DNA of 63,984 bases, the filler included, from an uncultured bacterium (GTDB lineage Bacteria; DAOPZR01), in assembly GCA_964637655.1 (NCBI GenBank). It is 9 parts of 9 records of this genome, joined end to end, with 100 filler letters (N's around TTAATTAATTAA, not from the genome) between each part and the next. Parts side by side here need not be neighbours in the genome. Positions count along the whole stretch, not along the records: positions 1 to 7,690 come from CAZWUZ010000188.1; positions 7,791 to 15,369 come from CAZWUZ010000189.1; 7 more parts are not named here. One strand, written 5' to 3'. Below the pieces are notes generated by a model. It had not been told where the DNA came from and searched no databases. It saw only the letters and a program-made list of their open reading frames with translations. The first letter of the stretch is position 1. Each line of letters begins with the position of its first letter. This document shows positions 1 to 11,747 of the stretch, piece after piece. The translations under genes were made by a program, and so were the position numbers.

Positions 1-690
1 GGCAGTTACGCCACGCTGCTCGGCAATCTGCGCGGGCTGGCGGCGGCGAAAGCGGAAGCGCGTTCGCTGCTGCCGCAGTTGCAGTGCAGTTTCGTCCTGC
101 TGGAGGAAAACCTCGACGAAATCGACTTGTTCATCGAGCGCATGGCGGAATTCTCCCCGCACCGCTTTGTCTTTATGCATCGCGACTGGGCGACGCCGCC
201 GCCGGAGCGGCGGGGGGCGGTGACTGCCGCGCTGCGGCGGGCGCTGGCAGCGTGTGTCCGGCACCGCGCGCTGTTCGAGGAAGTGCCCGCCTGCTGCCTG
301 TCACCGCAGGAGATCGGGGACGCCTATGGCGTCGTTCTGCCGCCGTTGCCGGGGCCGGCGCGCTGCCGCGACCCGTGGCACTTCCTGCGGCTGACGCCCG
401 CGGGCGACATTTTCCGCTGTGTCAATACGCAGGTGGCGGCCGGGAACATCCGGCAGGAGGATATCGCCGCGGTGTGGAACGGCGGGGAATATGTGCGACT
501 GCGGGAAAAACTTGCCGGGGATGAGCCGTACGGACATTGTCGCGCGTGCGGCCTGTTTACCGGCGGCAACGTCCGCTACCGCCGCTGGCGTGAGCAGGTT
601 GATAAACTGCTGGCTGCCGCGCTGCCGCCGGCAACGGGCAACGGTACACGGGGGATCATGCAATCCCGGCAGGGCGCTGATGGCCGCTGA
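1..690 (+). CDS. Radical SAM/SPASM-domain protein, C-terminal part (5' truncated by the window)
   Basis: Frame open from base 1; SPASM/twitch-like pattern CRDPW..LTPAGDIFRC..GNI..IAAVWNG..Y..LR..CRAC. Confidence 0.75.
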   Translation, partial: GSYATLLGNLRGLAAAKAEARSLLPQLQCSFVLLEENLDEIDLFIERMAEFSPHRFVFMHRDWATPPPERRGAVTAALRRALAACVRHRALFEEVPACCLSPQEIGDAYGVVLPPLPGPARCRDPWHFLRLTPAGDIFRCVNTQVAAGNIRQEDIAAVWNGGEYVRLREKLAGDEPYGHCRACGLFTGGNVRYRRWREQVDKLLAAALPPATGNGTRGIMQSRQGADGR

Positions 691-1795
691 CTTGCCGCTG
701 ACGCTGCCGGAGGCGGACTGGCAGTGCGCGGGGTGCGGCGAATGCTGCCGCACCGACTGGATTGTGCCGGTGGACCCGCAGGTGGCGGCGCAGCTCGACG
801 GGTGGTATCACGGGTCGGCAACGCAGGCGACGGCCGACCCGGAACTGCTGCAGCTCAAGCATGGCGGCGCCGACTGCGTCTTCATGCTTCCGGACAACCA
901 CTGCCGCATTCACCGCGCACACGGCTATGACGCCAAGCCGCTCGCCTGCCGGCTCTTCCCTGTCGCGCTGGTGCGCACGCCTGACAGCATCGACCTGAGT
1001 TTCGCGTGGGACTGCCCGCAGGTGCTGCCGCAGCGCGCACCGTCGGTGGCAGCGCGCGCAACCGGCGAACGGCTCGCGGCGGCGGCGGGGGAACGCATTC
1101 CGCAGATAGCGGCGCCGCACGGCAGCCGCGGTCCGCTGGCGTGGGAGACGTACCGCCGTTTTCGCGACTGGTATGCCGATGAACTGACGGGGCAGGCGCG
1201 GGTGCGTGACCTGGTGCGCCTGCTGGTGCGCGCGGCGGACACGGTGGACGACGCGTGGCAGATGCCGGACGCGGGAGAGCGGGTCGATCTGATGCTTCCC
1301 TGCGGGGACGACCCGCTGGCGCGGCGGCGCGCGCTGGTGCTGCTGCTGCGCCTCGCGGAACAGTGGTTCAAACTTCCCCCGTCGCGGCAGAGCAGCCGCA
1401 GCATGTCGTTCGCCCCCGCCGGCTGGACGCTGCCGGTGAGCGAGCTCGAACGGCTGATGGAATCGCTCGAGGCGGAAGCAGAAGACCTGCTACGCTGCTA
1501 TCTGCGCGAGCAGTTGCGGCGGCAGGCGCTGGCGCGCGGCGGCACACTGGCGGAAAACGCGCGCCTGTTTGCTGTTGCCTACCGGCTGACACTGCTCTTC
1601 GCTGCGGCAGCGGCACTGCAGATGTCGCGCGCGCGTATCGACCGTGACGCGCTGCTGCAGGGAGCACGGCAGTGCGACCGCTACTTCTCGCTGCATTTGC
1701 GGCTGGCCGGACAGGGGCTGCTGGCGGATACGGCGCGCGGCTGGCTGCGCTCGCTGCTGACGGGGCGGCAGTTCCTGCGAACGGTGGTCGGCTGA
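680..1795 (+). CDS. YkgJ/FliB-like cysteine-cluster (CxxCxxCC) protein
   Basis: WQCAGCGECCR, CVFM..NHCRIH..GYDAKPLACRLFP; ATG at 680 overlaps the upstream gene end. Confidence 0.75.
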   Translation: MAADLPLTLPEADWQCAGCGECCRTDWIVPVDPQVAAQLDGWYHGSATQATADPELLQLKHGGADCVFMLPDNHCRIHRAHGYDAKPLACRLFPVALVRTPDSIDLSFAWDCPQVLPQRAPSVAARATGERLAAAAGERIPQIAAPHGSRGPLAWETYRRFRDWYADELTGQARVRDLVRLLVRAADTVDDAWQMPDAGERVDLMLPCGDDPLARRRALVLLLRLAEQWFKLPPSRQSSRSMSFAPAGWTLPVSELERLMESLEAEAEDLLRCYLREQLRRQALARGGTLAENARLFAVAYRLTLLFAAAAALQMSRARIDRDALLQGARQCDRYFSLHLRLAGQGLLADTARGWLRSLLTGRQFLRTVVG

Positions 1796-1796
1796 C

Positions 1797-2063
1797 ATGA
1801 CAACAAAACAGAAGTATCGCAACGCGGTCTATATCGTGCGCTGTAGCGACGGTACGCTCTATACGGGGTGGACCAACGACCTGCCGCGACGCCTGGTGGC
1901 GCATAACACGGGGACGGGGGCGCGCTATACGCGCGGACGCGGCCCGGTGACCCTGGCCTATTGCGAGACGTTCCGCCTGCGTCGCTCTGCCATGCGGCGC
2001 GAAGCTGCCATCAAGCGGCTGCCGCGCGCGGCCAAACTGGCGTTGCTGCAGGAGCAGGCGTGA
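1797..2063 (+). CDS. GIY-YIG nuclease family protein (YazA/UPF0213-like)
   Basis: VYIVRCSDGTLYTGWTNDLPRRLVAHNTGTGARYTRGRGP..AMRREAAIK. Confidence 0.9.
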   Translation: MTTKQKYRNAVYIVRCSDGTLYTGWTNDLPRRLVAHNTGTGARYTRGRGPVTLAYCETFRLRRSAMRREAAIKRLPRAAKLALLQEQA

Positions 2064-3811
2064 TGGACCGCGCCCGCTGGCTGGCGCTGCTGCTCTTTGT
2101 GGTGCTGGCGGCAGCCGGCACCTGGCCGGTGCTCCCGACCATCGGGCGCGCGCTCCCCGGCGACGGGGGCGACGCCTATCACGGCGCGTGGGCGATGTGG
2201 TGGCTGGCGGAGAGCGTGGCGGGGCGCCTCGACCTGTTCGACTGCCGCCTGCTCTTTTATCCCGTCGGGGTGTCGCGCGCCAATGATTCGCTGTCGCTGA
2301 GCAACGGCATCATCGCGCTGCCGCTGCAGTGGTCGCTCGGGCTTGCCCCCGCCTACACCATCCTCTTCCTGCTGTCATTCGCGCTGGGCGGCTGGGCGGC
2401 GTACCTGCTGGCGCGCGCGGTGCATGTCCCGTCCGGCCCGGCGCTGCTGGCCGGCATCGTCTTTGCCTTTGCCCCGTACCACGTGGCGCATTCCCTCGGG
2501 CATCTCGACCTGATGCCGGTGCACTGGGTGGCGTTCTTTTTCCTCGCGTTGCTGCAGGTGCTGCGCGGGCGCGGCGGGCTGTGGCCCCTCTGGGCGGGCC
2601 TGTTCTTCACGCTGGCGGCACTGAGCGCCTGGTACTACCTGCTCTACCTGATGCTGGCGGCGGTGACGGCGTGGCTGCTCTGCCTGCTGACACACCGGGT
2701 ACGACTGCGTGACGGGCGCTGGTGGCGCGGCTGCCTGCTGGCGGCGCTGGTCGCGGTGCTGCTGCTCGCGCCCGTGGTGGTGCCGGTGGTGCTGACCTGG
2801 CAGCGGCAGGGCTTTGTGGCGACGGAGGATGCCGCGTGGTATTCCGCGCGCTACGCCGCGGATATCGCCGCGCTGCTGACCCCGCCGCGCTATCACCTGC
2901 TGCTGGGCAGCCGCGTGCAGGAATTCTACGCGCAGACGCTGCTGGCCAACGAGGTGGAAGGGACGGTCTATCTCGGGCTGCCGGCGTTGCTGCTGGCGTG
3001 GTACGGACTGGCGCGCGGGACGGGACGCTGGCGCTGGTGGGCGGCGGGCGGTGCGCTGGCGGCGCTGGTGCTCGCACTCGGCCCGCTGCCGCTCTGGCGC
3101 GGCGAGCCGCTGGCGGGACTCAAACTACCCTACTGGTACCTGCTGCAACTGCCGCTTTTTGCGCATCAGCAGGCGGCATCGCGCGCCATGGTGCTGACGT
3201 ATCTCGGGGTGGCACTGCTGGCGGCGGCCGGGGCGCAGGCACTGCACGCGCGACTGCAGGCGGCACGCTCGCGCCACGTGCGTGCCGCCGCACAGGTGTT
3301 TCTGCTCGGGGCTGGCGCCCTGCTGCTGCTTGATTACCTCTGCCTGCCGTACCCGACCTCGCCGGCGACCGTGCCGGCGTTCTATCACCGCCTGGCGGCT
3401 GATACGCGGGCGGGGGTGCTGCTCGAACTCCCCGGCCTGTCGCGCAGCACGTGGCAGTATTACCAGACCGTGCACCGGCGCCCGCTGATCAACGGCTACG
3501 TCTCGCGCATCCCCGCGGCGAGCCGGCGCGCGGCTGACGGGGTGCCGCTCTTCCGCTTCCTGTTCAATACCGACCTGCAACGCGCCATCGGGCGGGGCGA
3601 GGTGACGGCGGTGGCAGAGCATGGGCACATACCGTCGGCGCGCGACCTCGCCACGCTGCAGGCCTACGGGGTCAGTCATGTCATCCTGCATCATGATGCC
3701 GACCCGCTGCAATTCGGCCCGCTGGCCGCCGCGCTGCGGCGCAGTACCGGCACGGACGGTGTCTGGCAGGACGCACAGACACTGGTGTTCCCTGTTCCGC
3801 CCGGTGGTTGA
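2063..3811 (+). CDS. Polytopic membrane protein, GT-C (PMT/YfhO-like) glycosyltransferase
   Basis: Many TM helices, early GDGGDAY loop, FAFAPYH, C-terminal YYQTVHRRPLINGYVSR; TGATG coupling to the upstream gene. Confidence 0.65.
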   Translation: MDRARWLALLLFVVLAAAGTWPVLPTIGRALPGDGGDAYHGAWAMWWLAESVAGRLDLFDCRLLFYPVGVSRANDSLSLSNGIIALPLQWSLGLAPAYTILFLLSFALGGWAAYLLARAVHVPSGPALLAGIVFAFAPYHVAHSLGHLDLMPVHWVAFFFLALLQVLRGRGGLWPLWAGLFFTLAALSAWYYLLYLMLAAVTAWLLCLLTHRVRLRDGRWWRGCLLAALVAVLLLAPVVVPVVLTWQRQGFVATEDAAWYSARYAADIAALLTPPRYHLLLGSRVQEFYAQTLLANEVEGTVYLGLPALLLAWYGLARGTGRWRWWAAGGALAALVLALGPLPLWRGEPLAGLKLPYWYLLQLPLFAHQQAASRAMVLTYLGVALLAAAGAQALHARLQAARSRHVRAAAQVFLLGAGALLLLDYLCLPYPTSPATVPAFYHRLAADTRAGVLLELPGLSRSTWQYYQTVHRRPLINGYVSRIPAASRRAADGVPLFRFLFNTDLQRAIGRGEVTAVAEHGHIPSARDLATLQAYGVSHVILHHDADPLQFGPLAAALRRSTGTDGVWQDAQTLVFPVPPGG

Positions 3812-3862
3812 CGACGCGCATGAATTGGGCTATACTGATCGTATGTGCATAGGCGATAGCAT

Positions 3863-6382
<2,520 letters not shown>

Positions 6383-6383
6383 G

Positions 6384-7690
6384 GTGCTGCGCCTGCGCGT
6401 GACGGACGGCGGAGCGGAACGCAGCATCGACCTGCCCGCGGCCGGTACTTTCGTCGTCGGGCGCAGTCCTGACACCGACCTGCCGGTGGGCGACCCGCGC
6501 ATTTCGCGCCGCCACCTGCAGCTGCGCATGGCGGGCGGGAAACTCTACGCGCAGGACCTCGGGTCGTCCAACGGGACGTTCATCAATGATGACAAACTGA
6601 CGGCGGAGCGCGAGGTGCAGGCGGGCGACCGGCTGCGCCTCGGGGCGCTGGAGCTGACGGTGGCAGTGGCAGAGGCCGCCGCCGCGCCCGCCGCGGCGCC
6701 GGACCTCCCGGCGTGCGGCATGGCGGTCGACATGGTCGATGCGCAGGTGAGCGTCATCCGCAAACTCGACCTGGCGTCGGCGCTGCAGGCGGCGGTGAAG
6801 ACCGAACGCCTCTCCGCCATCCACCGGCTGAGCGAGGCGGTCGGCTCGCTGCTCAACCGCGACGCGCTGCTCGACCGGCTGCTGGCGCTGATCAGCGAGA
6901 CGCTGCCGTTCGAGCGCGGGGCGGTGTTGCTCAGCGAGGACGGGAAACTCGTCCCGCGCGCCTGCCGCGAACGCAGCGGGACGGCAGCAGCGCTGCGCGT
7001 GCCGTCGAGCATCGCCGAACAGACGCTGGCGTCGGGAACGGGACTGCTCATCGCCGACACGGGGGCCGACCCGCGTTTTGCCGCGCAGCAGAGCATCGTC
7101 GCGCTCAATATCCGCTCGGCGCTCTGCGTGCCGCTGATCGTGCGCGGCACGCCGCTGGGCATCATCTACGTCGACAGCGGCGCGGCGGCGGGAACCTTCA
7201 CCGAGGACGACCTCAGCTTCCTCTCGGTGGCGGCGGCGCAGGCGGCGCTCTTCATCGACAACCTGAAACTGTTCGCGCGGGTGCAGGAGGAGGAGCGGCA
7301 GCGGGCCAACCTCGCGCGGTTCCTCTCGCCGCGCATCGTCGAGCGCGCACTCGCCTCGCCGGCGGGGATGGCGCTGGGCGGGCAGGCGCAGGCGGCGACG
7401 ATACTCTTTGCCGACATCCGCAACTTCTCGGAACTGACCGCGCGGCTGCCGCCGCAGGACCTGGTTGCGCTGCTCAACGAGTACTTCACCGCCATGACCG
7501 AGGTGGTGTTCCGCTACGAGGGAACGCTCGACAACTTCATCGGTGACGCGCTGATGGCGGAGTTCGGGGTACCCTTCCCGCAGGCCGACGACGCGTTCCG
7601 CGCGGTGACCGCGGCGCAGGAGATGCGGCGGAAACTGACAGAACTGCGCGGACGCTGGACGGCGCGCAACCTGAAGGGGTTCGATATCGG
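6384..7690 (+). CDS. FHA-GAF-class III adenylate/guanylate cyclase (3' truncated)
   Basis: FHA (GRS..ISRRH..DLGSSNGTFIN), GAF (SALCVPL..GIIYVDS..FTEDD), cyclase (ILFADIRNFS, FIGDALMAEFG). Confidence 0.9.
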
Positions 7691-7790
7691 NNNNNNNNNN
7701 NNNNNNNNNNNNNNNNNNNNNNNNNNNNNNNNNNTTAATTAATTAANNNNNNNNNNNNNNNNNNNNNNNNNNNNNNNNNNNNNNNNNNNN
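7691..7790. other. Artificial contig linker N-TTAATTAATTAA-N; also at 15370-15469, 22994-23093, 30560-30659, 38115-38214, 45616-45715, 52996-53095, 60319-60418
   Basis: Identical 100-nt spacers with stops in all six frames; genes truncated on both sides; contig lengths decrease monotonically. Confidence 0.97.
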
Positions 7791-8414
7791 GGCCTGCTCA
7801 ACAACATACGCCGTGTAAGAATCCTCGCTGGTCACCGCCAGCGCGTACGGGGCATGCATGTCGAACAGGTGCAGCCAGAGGAACAGCGGCCGGTCGATAT
7901 GCGGGGAGCGTTCCAGCCACTGTGCCAGCGCCGTCACCGTCTGTTCTCCGGCCCGCATGTCGCCGCTTCCCGGCAAGGCATCGTCGAAGTGCACGAAACC
8001 GCGATTGAACCCGTACTGCCGGGTCACCGTCCAGCCGCTGACAAACGCCGCCGTCCGGTAGCCCGCTTCCTGCAGCCGCTCCGACAGCAATGTCTGCTCC
8101 GGCGGCACGGGGACGATTTCCTTGACCCCGTTGTTGCCCGGCAACAGCCCGGTAAACAGCGCCGCATGTGACGGCACGGTATGCGGGAACGGCGTGTAGG
8201 CGTATTCGAACAACGTCCCCTGACGCAGCAGTCCGGTAATGGTCGGGGCATATTCCTCCGGGTACCCGTAGGCGTGCAGTGCCTGTGCCCGCAGACAGTC
8301 GATGTCAATAATCACCACATGCGGCGGCGCGGTTATGCGTTCCCGCCAGAACCAGTTTCCCGCCGCCGTCAGGCAGACCACTGCTGCCGTCAGCAGCCAG
8401 ACCCGACGCATCAT
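7791..8414 (-). CDS. Sulfatase-like alkaline phosphatase superfamily protein (3' truncated)
   Basis: Signal/TM, VVIIDIDCLRA, TVPSHAALFTG, GYRTAAFVS, FLWLHLFDMHAPY. Confidence 0.85.
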
Positions 8415-9859
8415 GCCCCCCCCCCGCCGCGAACGAGCAGCACGATACCGTCACGGAACCCTGCCACGACAAATCCCTCGTCGCTGATCTTGCGGCGGGC
8501 GAAAGCCAGGGTGGTATCCGGGATATCAGGCGGCACGCAGTTATCAGTAAGGTCAAGCAGATAATACTCAGCCGTTGACATCGGGTCGAAGAACAGGAAG
8601 ATCTCCCGCCGGGCACTAAGATAGGCCCAGTACTTGTATTCCGTCCCGACCGAAGCCCCGCCGGGAATCATCTGCAGCAGTTCGCCCGCCTGCGCAAAAC
8701 GCTCCGCTGTCTTGTTCCCGGGCACAATGAACTGCCGCGTACCCAGCAGCGGCAGCGGACTGTCAAGCCGATGCAGCAGCAGCGTGCCGGCGATAACCAG
8801 CAACAACGGAAACTTCCACCCGGCCTGGCCGCGCAGCATCAGGCGAAGGCGTACCGCCCCATCCGCCGCCGCCATGATGAGAAACGGCAGTAGCGGCGCA
8901 TTGTACTGCTGGTAGATGGTCCGGGTTCCCTCGAAACCGCTGAGCAGGTTGAAGAGCAGCTGCGGGGCCATGACAAGCCACCAGCGCGGCGCCAGCAGCG
9001 GCAGGCCGCCGAAGCCGAGTACAAGCAGGAACAGGTACTTCGCCGTTGCCGGCATCAGCGCCTGACGCACAAGCAGACCCGGATCGTGCAAAAGCGCGAG
9101 CAGTTTTGCCGCACCGGTATCGCCCGGCAGGTAGCTGAAATACGTCGTGTAGAAATACGCCGGCTCCCCGCCCGGCGGGGCGAAGGCAGGCAGCACCCAC
9201 CCGATCAGCAGCAGGTAGGCGCAGAGCCCCGCCGCAAGGCAGGCCAGCCCGTGGCGCACGCGTCCGGAGAGCAAAAAGAGCATGCCGATGGCAGCAATCG
9301 TCACGCTCATCGATTCGTTGATGAGCAGGCTCAAACCGAGCAGCAGGAATGTCGCGCGGTGCCGGCCTCGCTGCCAGCAGGCAAACGCCGCCAGATAGAC
9401 CGGGACGGCCAGCGTCACCGGATGGAAGTCGAACAAATTGATGTACTGGGTCACCGGACTGGCCGCGTAAGCGCCGGCCAGCACCAGCGCCGCCGTGTCA
9501 CCGGTTCTGGTCCGCACTGCCAGCCAGGTCAGCGGTATCCCGGTCGCCAGAATCAGTGTTTGCGTCCAGAGCAGCAGACGGGGGTCTGGCCACCACGCAT
9601 ACAGCACCGACAGCGGCAGGTAGACGACATCGAAATGCTCGCGGAAAATCGGGGCATGCACCCCCGGTCCGGTCGACCAGAGCAGATTCCCGTGGCAGGT
9701 ATTCCACAACACCTGCGTGACCACGCCCAGGTCAAGGTCACCGCCGCCGCGTTCGTAGCGGTTTACATTAAACCATCCCATACCGGCAGCATAGGCCATT
9801 GTCAGGCAGACCACTGCTGCCAGCGTAATGCCGTTCTTGCCCGGTTCGCGTTCGCGCAT
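8411..9859 (-). CDS. DUF2079-like membrane protein (GT-C fold)
   Basis: DLGVVTQVLWN..HG..EHF, FDFHP, YQQYNAPLLP, YLSARREI; start placed after GGGGAAC and a promoter. Confidence 0.75.
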   Translation of the reverse strand: MREREPGKNGITLAAVVCLTMAYAAGMGWFNVNRYERGGGDLDLGVVTQVLWNTCHGNLLWSTGPGVHAPIFREHFDVVYLPLSVLYAWWPDPRLLLWTQTLILATGIPLTWLAVRTRTGDTAALVLAGAYAASPVTQYINLFDFHPVTLAVPVYLAAFACWQRGRHRATFLLLGLSLLINESMSVTIAAIGMLFLLSGRVRHGLACLAAGLCAYLLLIGWVLPAFAPPGGEPAYFYTTYFSYLPGDTGAAKLLALLHDPGLLVRQALMPATAKYLFLLVLGFGGLPLLAPRWWLVMAPQLLFNLLSGFEGTRTIYQQYNAPLLPFLIMAAADGAVRLRLMLRGQAGWKFPLLLVIAGTLLLHRLDSPLPLLGTRQFIVPGNKTAERFAQAGELLQMIPGGASVGTEYKYWAYLSARREIFLFFDPMSTAEYYLLDLTDNCVPPDIPDTTLAFARRKISDEGFVVAGFRDGIVLLVRGGGGA

Positions 9860-9888
9860 CGTTCCCCACCACCAAAACAATATGGCAT

Positions 9889-9918
9889 CGTAGCACCCGG
9901 CGGCCGCCATCGTCAACA
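9889..9918 (-). promoter_or_regulatory. sigma70-type promoter TTGACG-N18-TACGAT (extended -10)
   Basis: Consensus-like; a near-identical copy lies at about 11626-11655. Confidence 0.55.
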
Positions 9919-10187
9919 TACCGCCCCCGCACTGGTATTCTCCCGCGCAATCAGCAGACCTGCCAAATGTGCCGGCCACTCGGTACACCCCAAAGACGCT
10001 CATGCCGATAGTCAGGGGCGACGGCGGAATTCGGGGAGACAGTATGCAGCGGTCTTCGAATTGCTGACGTGTCTGCACATCGGGCCGGTACGCGCCAGCA
10101 TACGGGCAGGTAAGCAGTATCCCGACGCGGCGCCAACCCATGAAGCAGAGAGCAGATTCCACTGCCGTCGACACACATCGGACACCA

Positions 10188-10216
10188 TTGACGCCTGTCA
10201 GCGGCGGTGATAGAAT
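10188..10216 (+). promoter_or_regulatory. sigma70-type promoter TTGACG-N17-TAGAAT
   Basis: Close to consensus with 17-bp spacer. Confidence 0.6.
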
Positions 10217-10534
10217 GCCCGTATCCGGGGTGGTGGTGCGGGTATCCGTTTGTTGTCAGGCACACAGCACCTTTGCTCCTCCGCAGATTATGCGCCCCGG
10301 TACTGAGCGCGCAACGGAAAGGTATCCGTACATGCTGCTGAGCAGCCCGGAAGTACTTGCACGTACCGCGATAATCCGGCTGTGGCAGGCAGCGGGGAAA
10401 CGGTTGTGCCCGCATCGGCCTGCGCAAGGCAACAGCGTGGGGCGCAGTCTCAAACGGCAGCGTGTGTTGCCGGGATCCGGCGGCCGCGGCAGAGCGGACT
10501 CCCCGGCGGCAGATATCCAGCAGCAATTGTGCCG

Positions 10535-11497
10535 ATGAGATTCTCGTTTTCTCTGCGCCGGTGGCTGATCAATGCCGGGCTGTTCCTGCTTGCCGCGTTT
10601 GCAACCGTGGCACTGCTGGAAGCGGGGTTCCGCCGGTGGGGAGCAGTCAGCGACGCATGGGGCGATACCTTGGCTGCACAGTTATGGTTTTCCCGCTACT
10701 GGGGGCCGCTCAATGCACAGGGGTATCGCGATCGCCCCCATACGGCATGGCATGGTAAACGGACCGTGTTCATGATTGGCGACTCGTTTCTTGCCGGATA
10801 CGGAATTAAAGACCGTCGTGACCGGTTCGCCGATGTACTGCAGCGCAAGCTGGGTGACACGTGGGAGGTGTTTAATCTCGGTGAGTGCGGCATCGATACG
10901 CGGGAGGAACTGGGACACGCACACGCCGCGCGCAAATTCACCGGGCAGGCGCCCGACGTTCTGATGCTGGCCTATTACGTCAACGATATCATGGATGCTG
11001 CCCGCCGTTGCGACAAAGTTGCCTACGTCCACCCGGAGCCGCGTCCTGTGCTCCGTCCGTTTGTCACTCGCTCGTTTCTGCTCAATTTCGTGTACTGGCG
11101 TGTCTATCGGCTGCGGCACAGTGATTTTTGGGATCTGGGGGCAGCTGTCTGTGCGGAACACTGGAGGAACGAACAGGTACAGCAGTTACACCTGCAGGAA
11201 CTTCAGGACGTTGTTGACTGGTCGCGGCAGGAAGGCAGCAGGCTAGTCGTCGTCATCTTCCCGCATCTGCTGGTGCTCGAGCACAGCAGTACGGTGACTG
11301 CCAGGGTTCACGACTTCTTTGCTGCCCGCGCGGTTCCGGTGCTCAATCTGACACCGCAGTTGACCGCATTCTCCCCGGACGAACGTGTGGTCAATGCGGT
11401 CGATCCTCACCCGAGCGTTCCCGTGCACCGGCTGGTCGGGGAACTGCTGGTACCGTATGTTTTGAATGAGGTCGCACCGCCGCCGCCGAGCTCGTAG
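10535..11497 (+). CDS. Membrane-anchored SGNH/GDSL hydrolase family protein
   Basis: N-terminal TM, LNAQGYRD, IGDSF, NLG, YYVND, DPHPS. Confidence 0.85.
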   Translation: MRFSFSLRRWLINAGLFLLAAFATVALLEAGFRRWGAVSDAWGDTLAAQLWFSRYWGPLNAQGYRDRPHTAWHGKRTVFMIGDSFLAGYGIKDRRDRFADVLQRKLGDTWEVFNLGECGIDTREELGHAHAARKFTGQAPDVLMLAYYVNDIMDAARRCDKVAYVHPEPRPVLRPFVTRSFLLNFVYWRVYRLRHSDFWDLGAAVCAEHWRNEQVQQLHLQELQDVVDWSRQEGSRLVVVIFPHLLVLEHSSTVTARVHDFFAARAVPVLNLTPQLTAFSPDERVVNAVDPHPSVPVHRLVGELLVPYVLNEVAPPPPSS

Positions 11498-11598
11498 CAG
11501 GCGACATTGAGCCAGCCGAGGCCGGCGACATACACCATCACCAGGCAGGCAACCGCCACCAGAATATATCCGCAGTTGCCCGATACGTGTCCGCGCAT
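11469..11598 (-). pseudogene. 5' remnant of a second DUF2079-like gene
   Basis: MRGHVSGNCGYILVAVACLVMVYVAGLGWLNVACYELGGG aligns with MREREPGKNGITLAAVVCLTMAYAAGMGWFNVNRYERGGG; upstream DNA nearly identical. Confidence 0.7.
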
Positions 11599-11747
11599 CG
11601 TTCCCCACCGCCAAAACAATATGGCATCGTAGCACCCGTCGGCAGCAATCGTCAACATCGCATCATCACGCGTACACGCCCCCCCCCGCTTCTGGCAAGG
11701 TGCCGCCCCAGGAAATATGCTATCTTGCGGGATGGGGAGGTTGCCTG

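Noticed and set aside
1797-2063. GIY-YIG as a homing endonuclease or defence nuclease
   Set aside because: An 88-aa stand-alone YazA-type protein, a common housekeeping family with no intron or mobile context.
7691-7790. Recurrent TTAATTAATTAA at ~7.5-kb spacing
   Set aside because: Artificial six-frame-stop linker within N runs; not biological. Cross-contig gene associations were also disregarded.
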